Shown here piece by piece: positions 1 to 8,509 of a stretch of DNA of 64,000 nucleotides (positions are counted from its first letter, which is position 1; each line of letters begins with the position of its first letter). The notes beneath the pieces were generated by a model that searched no databases, had not been told where the DNA came from, and was given only the letters and a program-made list of their open reading frames with translations. Made by a program: the position numbers and the translations under genes. The stretch lies in assembly GCA_965240325.2 (NCBI GenBank), contig OZ251223.1:2418001-2482000 (forward strand). The letters run 5' to 3'. Source of the stretch: Rebecca billardiae RCC1528 (taxonomy: Eukaryota; Protista; Haptophyta).

Positions 1-953
1 AGGCACATCCACGGGCTGGCGTTCAGCCACCTCTCCAGGGCGCGTCCAGCCAGCGCGAGGCGCTGCCAGAGGCCCCCTTGCCTGCGCTTGCGGCGGCGGA
101 GTTTCTCGATGTCCCTTTGACCGGGGTAGTCGTCCAGGTTGTACCAGCCGCCATGCACCTTGAGGCCCTTGAGCTCTGGCAGCGTGATGCCCCACGTCCA
201 GCCGTGCAGGCGCGCGAGTGCGTGCAGCGCTGCGCGTACTTTCGCGAGCGTCGGATGCCTCGCGAGAGGCTTCCCGGGGACCGCTTCCATGGCGACCAGC
301 AGCCCTTCCGACTGTGTGTCCAGGACGAGCAGTGTTCGCGCTATCGGGACCGACGCTGGAGGTCCGATGAGCCGCGGCTGGTGCCACTTCCACCAGCTGT
401 GCACGTTCCTGCCATGCCAGTCGTCAATCGCAACGCCGCCGGTGCCCTCGGCTCGCGAGGCATTCTGGGCCGTGCCAAGAAACTGGTAGACCTGCTTGAC
501 GATGATGCGACTCCCCAGCAGACGATACACGTTGCGCATGTGTATGCCCGGGACCATCAGGCTCTTGACCAACCGAATGCGCGGCATGCGGCCAGCTGCT
601 GGCGCGAACCCGGGCCCGTGCTCGCGTTCGATGGCTGCGACCATGGACGCGACCCTCTGCTCGCTGAGCCGTGGTGGTGGTGGCTCATCGCGCAGATGCC
701 GTCGCTCCAATTCGCGCTCGAGGATGGCGCCGCTCACTCGAGCTTGTTGGGCGACATCGCACGCGTCGGCGCGCATCGCCCACCGCCACTGGCGCTCGCT
801 GCACCGACTCGTGTTGAGGGCAGGTGTGATGGTGAGGCGTGCAGCCTCGATCATGGGCAGCAGACAAATGCTCGCGGTCGAACGCGTCGCCACCGCCGTC
901 GCGTGCGGCGGCAGCGCTGCGAGAGCCAGCACGACCGCCGCACGCCCCAACAT
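1..953 (-). CDS. Protein-kinase-like phosphotransferase (ecdysteroid-kinase-like/APH family) with N-terminal signal peptide; runs off the window edge
   Basis: Manual translation from ATG at 953 is open to base 1: MLGRAAVVLALAALPPHATA...IIVKQV...LLVAMEAV...VRAALHALARLHGWTWG...GGWYNLD...NASPWMCL. The 'AL..LARLH..W' helix is typical of EcKL/APH proteins; the expected HGD motif would lie just outside the window. Not in the ORF track because there is no stop. Confidence 0.6.
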   Translation of the reverse strand, partial: MLGRAAVVLALAALPPHATAVATRSTASICLLPMIEAARLTITPALNTSRCSERQWRWAMRADACDVAQQARVSGAILERELERRHLRDEPPPPRLSEQRVASMVAAIEREHGPGFAPAAGRMPRIRLVKSLMVPGIHMRNVYRLLGSRIIVKQVYQFLGTAQNASRAEGTGGVAIDDWHGRNVHSWWKWHQPRLIGPPASVPIARTLLVLDTQSEGLLVAMEAVPGKPLARHPTLAKVRAALHALARLHGWTWGITLPELKGLKVHGGWYNLDDYPGQRDIEKLRRRKRRQGGLWQRLALAGRALERWLNASPWMC

Positions 954-1393
954 AAATACAGCCAAGGGGTCTTATACAAATTCAGCCCGAGCGTCTCGTG
1001 CAGCCCCCGGGGCGAGGCATCTCGAGGCGCAGGACATCGCCCCGTGTGCGCTTAACATGGAGTCGTTCGTCGACCATCCACTCGGGGATGGAATCATAGA
1101 CGCGACGCATCTCGGCGAGGGCAGCCCTGGGAGCAGGTTGAGGCCCTCCCATTGGGACCACCGCCACAGCGCCGGCGAGGCACCACGTCTGTGCGTCGCC
1201 GTTCACGGCGACACAACTCACGAACCGTGCAGTCGAACCGGCTGCAGCTGAGACACTTTTTTTTCTCCGGCCGAGTCACGCGCGTGTTTCCTGCGCTCGT
1301 CATCGCGTGGTTATCGAAACGACTATAAGCCAAGACTTTGATCGCAGATCGGACGCCCTACTATATGATGTGAGTACTCGTCATGACGGACAC

Positions 1394-1455
1394 GTTTGTA
1401 TGAAAGTAGGGGGAATGTCTGTATGAAAGTAAGGGGAATGTTTGTATGAAAGTAA
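1394..1455. repeat. 23-bp tandem repeat, about 2.7 copies
   Basis: GT(T/C)TGTATGAAAGTA(G/A)GGGGAAT units start at 1394, 1417 and 1440. Confidence 0.85.
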
Positions 1456-2015
1456 CGGCTCTTCACATACGAAGATTGGACGCCTCGCGCGCGAACATTG
1501 CCGTATTTGCCAATACGGTAGAGGAGTCGGGGGGGGGGAGCATCAGGTAAAAGTGTGTTGTGCGTAACGACGTGGTATGCAACGGGCAGGCGTCAGACGG
1601 TCAGCAAGCTGTATAGCAGCAGATCGAGCAGCAGAGAGTGAGAGACAAACACCAGGGTCAGCGCGAGCTCCTCGCCGTCGTCCCCCCCCCCTCGTAGTCG
1701 CCCATCACTCCATCGCCGAGCGGAAGCTCGACGCACCGTCTGGTGTCGACGCGCGCGCGCCATCGCGGTGGTCGCGGTGCCACGCGTCGTCAGCCGTCGT
1801 CTCGAAGTGACCAATATAACGTATAACCCACTTTTTAAAGTCTCCGGTGCACCAATAACGGTACTTTTCCCTTTCGTCATTTTGGTCCGGCGGCCCCCGA
1901 ATCCGAGTGACCGGGTGCAATTAGGTTCAAGGTTGCGGGATGAACCGTTGCGCCAGCAGCCGCCATTTCCCCGGGCCGGACAAGCGGGATCCAGGTGCTG
2001 GAGTGCCGCTTCGCC

Positions 2016-2429
2016 ATGCGCGCGGCGATTGTCCTTGTGCTGGCACTCGCCGCGGTGCCAATAGGCGGGTATTGGGCCCACACGCGATTGCCCCAAGCGA
2101 GGCGCGCGCGCATGTCGTGCCGCTGCTCCGACGCTCTGGACGAGAGCGATCGCATCGAGCTCGTGCGAGCCCGGCTGGAAGAGCGGCACACAAAGGAGCT
2201 GCTCCGGCGGCCGCGGCGCTACCTCTCGTTCGAGCACGCGCGTCAGTGGGCAAGGGCCATGTGGTTCACCTGTAAGGACGATTGGATGCTGATGCTCGAC
2301 CGCGGGGAGAAGCGAAATCCGTACATCCCCCGGAGGCCAGACGAATATTACGCGGACAAGGGGTGGACTGACTGGGACGACTTCCTCAACGGTGAGTGGG
2401 GACCGGACTTCGAGCGCAGCGGGCACTAG
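2016..2429 (+). CDS. Small signal/transit-peptide protein with one 'integrase repeat unit'-like domain
   Basis: MRAAIVLVLALAAVP leader, then YLSFEHARQWARAM...W...IPRRPDEYYADKGWTDWDDFL, the F..AR...W...P..P...Y...GW..W.DFL repeat seen in algal and phage proteins. Confidence 0.65.
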   Translation: MRAAIVLVLALAAVPIGGYWAHTRLPQARRARMSCRCSDALDESDRIELVRARLEERHTKELLRRPRRYLSFEHARQWARAMWFTCKDDWMLMLDRGEKRNPYIPRRPDEYYADKGWTDWDDFLNGEWGPDFERSGH

Positions 2430-3208
2430 GGCGAATTCCGGCTCATCCTATCCCATACGGGCCGCATCGCATCGCGATTCGCGACGCTGGCTCACCGGTC
2501 ACTTGCCTGCCCCGAGGCCCCTGGACTTGTCGTGTCCAGACCACTTCCACCCGTTGCGATGACACAACGACTGCTGATCGGAGCCGTCCTTGGCTCATTT
2601 TTTTGCCGCCTCGGGATCGCCCTGGACTGGCTTCATCAGCATACGGATTCCCCCAAATGCAATGCGGAGGAGACCACCTGGATCTGAATTTACATGACGA
2701 CCAACAGTTCGTGCTGGGCATCACGCTTCAGTACTACTGTCTACTCTCTGAGTAGCCTTCCGGGCCTAAACGCGGCAGCCTCGCCGGCCGTCACACGCAA
2801 TATACTTTAGTGTTGATGAATACGACAGTCAGCGGTATACTCCGGCGCGATGGCCGCGGTATAGTGAAGGCTGACGATCGGTGTTACCAGTCTGATGAGC
2901 GATGTACAGTGATTCTCAGAACGTCAACGTACATACAGTAGCTTAAGCTAGTTATTGTTAATAACGACTCTCTCTCTCTGGCACTCCGTCGTCTCGATCT
3001 GTATATGTATGCATGTAACTATGTAGTATGCTATGCATGCATGTATATGTCGAATTAAATTACAATATATTTATTTAGCTATACGTCGATTATAGAATTA
3101 TGTCATCAGCAGCAGCAGCGAAGTTTCGGCGGCGAGCGTTCCGATGACCTCGCGACGATGGCCTCGCAGACCTTCCGCACCGCACAGCCAGCAGGATCGA
3201 GACGACAC

Positions 3209-5647
3209 TTAGGACCCGTGCTTCCTTGTCGTGGGATCGTTGCTGCCAAAGGGTGTCATCATCGCATCCGACGTGCGGGGCCGCTTGTGTGTGCCGGGAG
3301 TGCGGTGCTGCGCCCGCTGCGCTGAGCCGTTCGCCGACGCTCGTGCAACCTGCTGCGCGGCGTGGGCATGCACGCGCCCGCCATCGCCTCCACTCCTGGG
3401 TCCCGGCGCCGATGACAGGCCCATCGGTCGTGCTGGGGTGCGTGTCTGTGGCGCCCCTGGCGTTCCCGAGCCTCCAGCAGCGACGGCCGCTGGCCGGGGC
3501 AGTGCGTGCCGGGCGCCAGAGCCTGCCAGCATGGGCGTCGCGCCCTGCCCGCGCGGGCCCGGCGGCGGGGTGCCACTTGCGCAGGCGGCGTGTGGGAACG
3601 AGAGCCACGGCTGCTTGCACGCCAGCCCCTGGTGCTGGTCGCCCCCAGGTGTGATCGGCCGGCGTCCACTCGCATCGGCGCGCTGGTGACTGCTGTCGTG
3701 TGGCGTCGAGCGGCTGCCCGGCGGCGGCCGTGCCTCTGCCTCGCCGCTGCTCCACTCACGCCGCAGCTGCGCGAGCCAGGCCCCATCCAAGGCCACGCCG
3801 CGCTCGGCCACTGCGCCCGCCTCGGCAGCGGCAGCGGCAGCGCCGCCGTTCTGTGTCGCGCGTTGAGCGCCGGCGCTGCCCCGCCCCTCACGCGCCTCCG
3901 CCTGCTCCGCCGCGTGCGCGCGCGCGGCCAGGTGCGAGAGCGCTGTCGCCCTGCGCCTGGAGGCGAGGAACTCCCGACGGTGGTCCCAGCCGGACATGTC
4001 GTGTGGCTTCCGCGCGGGGCCCGGCGCCGGCGGGTGGGATGGCTGCGCCGGAGGCGCGTCCTGCGCGCGCGGCGCGGCCCCCGTCTCCGCCGCATCGGCC
4101 GTCGCGCCGTCCTCAGCAGGCAGCAGGTCGACGGCCCAGAGGGCGCCGTTCGAGTCAAGTGCCCACATGGTGCGCCTCGGCGCGCCCGCCGGAGGCGCGC
4201 CTCGCTCGGGCGCGCCGAGGCACAGCCCCGTCAGCGGGCGGTTCACGCACTGCCAGCTGCCAAGCGCGCTCGCTCCGTCGAGCACGCTGCGCGCGAGCGG
4301 GGCCGGCCCAGGCGCGTGCGCCGAGCGCGCCCACACCGGGTGCCACGTCGCGTCTGCGGCGCGCACGTCGACGCGCAGGACCGCCGCGGGCTCCGTGCAG
4401 AAGCGCAGCAGCGGCGCCGCGGCCGGCGCGCTCTGCTCGCCCTCCTCCACGCCGAGCGGCGGCACGAACGATCGCCACGACAGCAGAGGGCGGCGCAGGA
4501 AGCGCGCGTCGAGCACAAGCAGCTGCCGAGCGCTCGCGACCGCGAGCTGTGGCGGGGGCGCGCACGCGTCGGCGGCGGGCCCCGCGTGGTCAGAAGCGGC
4601 GGCGATGGCGAGGATGGGCTCCGAGGCGGGCAGGCCGAGGTCCATGCACGTGGCACCGCCGGCGCCACCCGCGGCGCCGCGTGCCAACGCCAGCGCCGTG
4701 CACGAGCCGAGCGGCGGCGCGCGCGTGTCGATTCGGCGCACCTCCAGTGAGTCTGCATGCCACAGCTGCCGAGGGTGCGTGCCGTACGCGACGGCGTGCC
4801 AGCTGGTCGGCTGCGCGCGGCTGCCGCACGGGCCGCCCGCGCGACGCACCGGCACGCACGCCGTCTCCTCCACGCCCGCGCCCCCGCCGCGCCCTCGGTC
4901 CAGCAGCAGCGTGCGCACGCGGCCGTCGCTCGTCGCCAGGGCGAGCTCACCCGCCGCGTGCGGCGAGAAGGCCGCGTCGGCCGCGTACGCGGGCGTGCGC
5001 ACGCTGCACGCCGGGAGCAGACGCACCGCGCCTGACGCGTCGTCGCCGCCGCCGTCCGCGTCGAGCGCGCGCAGCACGTGCACGCTGTACGTGGTGCGCG
5101 CGCCCACGAGCGTGGCGCCGTGCACGCGCGCGGCGCCGCTCAGCACCTGGTGCACGGCCGACTCCACGATGGCGCCCTCAGACCAGGCGCCCGCGTCTGG
5201 CCGGCCACGGTCGAGGCGGCAGGTGGAGACACACTCCGGCGTGCTCTCGAGGCACGCGACGCCGACGCCTCCCTCCGAGCAGCACGCCAGCTTGGTGCCG
5301 GCCAGCGCGTCGTACTGCCGAAGCTGCGCCTCCTGGGCTGCCTCCTCGCGCAGCAAGGACGAGAGCAGCTGCCGAGGGATGTGCGGATGGCCGCGCGCCT
5401 CGTAGAAGTCGATTTGCTCGTTGACGCGCTCGTCGTCTCTCGTGGGCGCGCTGGCCTGCTCCTCCTGTGCCCTTCGCCGCGCCTCCGCGAGCGCAGCGGC
5501 GCTCGGAGGCTGTCGCGCCGCGAGCGGCCGGAAGCCGAGTCGAGACACGAGGTACGCCGAGCTGACTGGGCGGTGCCGCTCGCCCCACACAGCCCCAAAC
5601 ATCCCGAACGGACCGACGTCCGCCACCCCGTGCTCCCAGGACTGCAT
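3209..5647 (-). CDS. TAF1C: TAF1C/Rrn6-like RNA polymerase I core factor subunit (beta-propeller)
   Basis: 812-aa ORF with DAAFSPHAAGELALATSDGRV, WHAVAYGTHPRQL..AD...V.RIDTR and LLVLDARFLRRPLLSW, matching conserved TAF1C blocks. Start codon uncertain. Confidence 0.6.
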   Translation of the reverse strand: MQSWEHGVADVGPFGMFGAVWGERHRPVSSAYLVSRLGFRPLAARQPPSAAALAEARRRAQEEQASAPTRDDERVNEQIDFYEARGHPHIPRQLLSSLLREEAAQEAQLRQYDALAGTKLACCSEGGVGVACLESTPECVSTCRLDRGRPDAGAWSEGAIVESAVHQVLSGAARVHGATLVGARTTYSVHVLRALDADGGGDDASGAVRLLPACSVRTPAYAADAAFSPHAAGELALATSDGRVRTLLLDRGRGGGAGVEETACVPVRRAGGPCGSRAQPTSWHAVAYGTHPRQLWHADSLEVRRIDTRAPPLGSCTALALARGAAGGAGGATCMDLGLPASEPILAIAAASDHAGPAADACAPPPQLAVASARQLLVLDARFLRRPLLSWRSFVPPLGVEEGEQSAPAAAPLLRFCTEPAAVLRVDVRAADATWHPVWARSAHAPGPAPLARSVLDGASALGSWQCVNRPLTGLCLGAPERGAPPAGAPRRTMWALDSNGALWAVDLLPAEDGATADAAETGAAPRAQDAPPAQPSHPPAPGPARKPHDMSGWDHRREFLASRRRATALSHLAARAHAAEQAEAREGRGSAGAQRATQNGGAAAAAAEAGAVAERGVALDGAWLAQLRREWSSGEAEARPPPGSRSTPHDSSHQRADASGRRPITPGGDQHQGLACKQPWLSFPHAACASGTPPPGPRGQGATPMLAGSGARHALPRPAAVAAGGSGTPGAPQTRTPARPMGLSSAPGPRSGGDGGRVHAHAAQQVARASANGSAQRAQHRTPGTHKRPRTSDAMMTPFGSNDPTTRKHGS

Positions 5648-5709
5648 GGGTGTGCTCTCGACCCAAGGCGCACGTCAGCTCGTCGCTGCCGCCATCGTCA
5701 GCCACGGCG

Positions 5710-6615
5710 ATGGCGGCCCGTGCGACTACGACGATTTGGTATTGGCAGCTCCTGCTGACGCTTCCCTCCAGCTTGGGCGTCCTCGGAGGCGCTAGCCCGA
5801 GCCCGAGTGCACGCCCGGTCGTGCTCATCGACGCGTGCAACTGCGGGCTTCGCTTCGTGGCATCCAAAGCCAAGCGCGTACCGCTGCTCCTCAGCTGCGC
5901 GGGCGATCGCACGCGCGGTGCGCGGGATCTTGGACCATCCCTGAACAAGTGGCTCTTAGCGAACGATGCGTTTGGCGCATGCGTCTTTGACGGCAAGGCC
6001 GATGCCGGGCGATACGCCTCACGCCACTACGAGCTGCACGCCCGGCTGAGCGCGGAGTTCACGGCGGCGGACGTGAGCGCTGATGACGTCATCATTGAGC
6101 GTTGTCATGGCACCGCGCTCACCATCGAGCGCGACCTCACGCTACTCCGCGCCGCGGAGCAGCTCGAGTCATCCCACGGCAAAGTTGCATCTGGCAGCTG
6201 GGTACAGCTGACGCTCCGGCAACATCCGCCGTACGCGCGCGAGAGCGAGCTGACTCGCGCATGGGCACGGCCGAGCAGACACGTGTACACGTGTGCCGCT
6301 GGCTCTGCGCCAGCCACTCGCCTGGCCTCGCAGCTGCGTGCCGTGGAGGAGCGAGGGTCCGCCGATGGCATCTCCGCGCCTCGACTCTCCCGAGGGCCCG
6401 CGCTTGTCGTCACGGCGGACAAGCGACTGCGCTCAGCGTGCGAGCGTGCGGGAGCCATCGTTGTCGCACCTGCTCTCGTACTGGATACGACGTCAGGGGC
6501 GCGGACGGCCACACTTGACGGCACTTGGCAGCGGAGCATGGATGGCACTGCGACAGCGTCGCGTGCGCGCCCCCAGCCGGCTGCTCGCAGCAGCAGAGGT
6601 GCCGACGGGTCGTGA
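5710..6615 (+). CDS. YacP/Rae1-like NYN (PIN-fold) ribonuclease with hydrophobic N-terminal leader
   Basis: Motifs VLIDACN, CVFDG, SADDVIIE and VVTADKRLRSAC..AGA occur in the order of the YacP-like NYN domain. Confidence 0.7.
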   Translation: MAARATTTIWYWQLLLTLPSSLGVLGGASPSPSARPVVLIDACNCGLRFVASKAKRVPLLLSCAGDRTRGARDLGPSLNKWLLANDAFGACVFDGKADAGRYASRHYELHARLSAEFTAADVSADDVIIERCHGTALTIERDLTLLRAAEQLESSHGKVASGSWVQLTLRQHPPYARESELTRAWARPSRHVYTCAAGSAPATRLASQLRAVEERGSADGISAPRLSRGPALVVTADKRLRSACERAGAIVVAPALVLDTTSGARTATLDGTWQRSMDGTATASRARPQPAARSSRGADGS

Positions 6616-6758
6616 CTAAGCTAGCTGCCAGGTGAGATTCGTCGTCGACAACAAGTGGACGACGTCGACACCACCCCGGCCCCCCGGCCCCCGGGTCGCC
6701 GGGAGCAATACATCATCGGAATAAATTAGTTAGGAGTAGCCTACTGAGACTGTAGGCA

Positions 6759-6759
<1 letters not shown>

Positions 6760-6815
<56 letters not shown>

Positions 6816-6844
6816 TATATGTATGTGTGTGTGTGTGTGTGTGT
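6760..6844. repeat. (TA)n/(TG)n compound microsatellite
   Basis: Direct reading of the sequence. Confidence 0.95.
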
Positions 6845-7274
6845 AGCTAGTGTGTGTGTACTGTGTGTGTAACTGAGTGTAAGCAGACAAGCTGATAGTG
6901 TGTATATGTCCCGCGCTGTCAGCGCATCGGCGCTTATACAGTTAGATACGGACGGTACTGATGCTGATAGCATCATATATGGCGGTAGAAACAACCTGGT
7001 AGAATCCGATAGCTTACAGCTAGCTCGGCAGTCCGGTAGAATATCGGCGCGACTGCTCACAGTAGCAATGACTACTACCTACCGCCAGTGCGGACGCGCG
7101 ACTACGTCGCCGTCTAGCTACTGCTACTCCGTCGCTTGTCATCCGAGACTGCTAGCATCATGCTGGCTGCCTCATGCTGCGCCCGTTGGATCAGTACGCG
7201 AAGCATCTCCTATCAGAACGGAATTACGGAATATGGACGACGATCATGCAGAGTCACGCGCGCTTTCGTACGCG

Positions 7275-8177
7275 TTAATCGCGATCTGGCACCCCCTCCT
7301 CGTCAGTCCCTGCGCCATACTGCTCATGGGACGAGGCGCCATGCCGCCGCAGATGCACCGCTGTCATCAGACTCACCTGATCTGCGCGTGAGCAGTGCGG
7401 CCAGCTGCCCCCGTCCTTTAGGTGCGCCTGCCGCGCCTGCGGGAAGCGACGGACGAGCTGTGCGTGGGCGAGCTGCAGCAACTCGCCGGCGTCCGGCGTG
7501 GAGATGACGGTGATGCTCGTCTCGGCGAGCTCGAGCCGACCCACGTGCCCGGGCGAGCACAGGAGCGTCAGCCGCGAGCCAATCGCATCGCCATCCATCT
7601 CATCCAGCTCGCGCGCGGCTGCGTCGACTGATGCAGTGATGCGCACCTCGAGCGCGTCGCGCGGGAAGTGCTCGAGGACGATCTTCTTCAGGATGAAGGG
7701 TGGCATGTACGCGAAGAGCGCCGTGCACGCCGCGGCGCGCGCTGCGAACACGGACGTGTCCGCAAAGCTGTTGCACAGGACGACGGACAGCACGTACGCG
7801 GGCATGAATTCAGCCAGCTTCAGCGCGAGAAATCCTCCGAGGTCGAGGCCGAGGAAATGGGCGGACCGGACGCCGATCGTATCAAGAAAGGTCTTCATCT
7901 GTACCACCCACTCCGTGTGAGACCATGACGGCGGCGGCTCGACGCAGATCACGCGCGCGTGAAAGCTGGAGAGAGCGACGCAGGTGCGGGCAAACTGCTT
8001 GCCGCCGCCGATCAGCCCGGGAAGACAGACGAGCGGCACGGCATCCGGAGCGGCGGACGGTGGCCTCGCCGAAGAGTCGAAGAATGACCACGTGGACTCG
8101 CCGATCGTCAGCGTCTGACGCGCCACAGATGCCCGCCATTCGTTGGCCACCCTATCGATGATCGCAGGTGCCGCCAT
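7275..8177 (-). CDS. SPG21: Maspardin (alpha/beta-hydrolase fold)
   Basis: PLVCLPG, HFLGLDLGGFLA, VVLCNSFADTSVF, SRLTLLC and AHLKDGGSWP..SRADQVSL...HLRR follow maspardin along its whole length. Confidence 0.85.
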   Translation of the reverse strand: MAAPAIIDRVANEWRASVARQTLTIGESTWSFFDSSARPPSAAPDAVPLVCLPGLIGGGKQFARTCVALSSFHARVICVEPPPSWSHTEWVVQMKTFLDTIGVRSAHFLGLDLGGFLALKLAEFMPAYVLSVVLCNSFADTSVFAARAAACTALFAYMPPFILKKIVLEHFPRDALEVRITASVDAAARELDEMDGDAIGSRLTLLCSPGHVGRLELAETSITVISTPDAGELLQLAHAQLVRRFPQARQAHLKDGGSWPHCSRADQVSLMTAVHLRRHGASSHEQYGAGTDEEGVPDRD

Positions 8178-8509
8178 CGTTGATCCTATGCGTTGATCCA
8201 CCACTTCAATGAGGTAGTACAGTTTATTTGTTTTAACGTGCGTAAGGCTCACGGTGGCAGGTTGCCGCGCCATCCTTCATCGCACGCTCTCCGAAGAGAG
8301 TGGCTGCATGTGACACAGTACTTGTACGCCTGAGCTGTGTGCGTCTCTTATTCTGAGTAAACTGTACTACTCATGTGTACTGTAGCAGCTAGCACTGAGC
8401 ACATTCCACATGTATGATGTGGCGGAGTGTTGTACAGTAGCCACGTGACACAGTATTTATAATAACACTCATTAACAGTACTCTGAGTCGTGCCGAGATG
8501 ATCTCGGAT

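Noticed and set aside
6713-7060. 115-aa ORF with YIYI repeats
   Set aside because: Translation of a microsatellite.
8341-8352. Nextera/Tn5 adapter contamination (GTCTCTTAT)
   Set aside because: Only 9 bases match the mosaic end; the flanks belong to the genomic dispersed motif.
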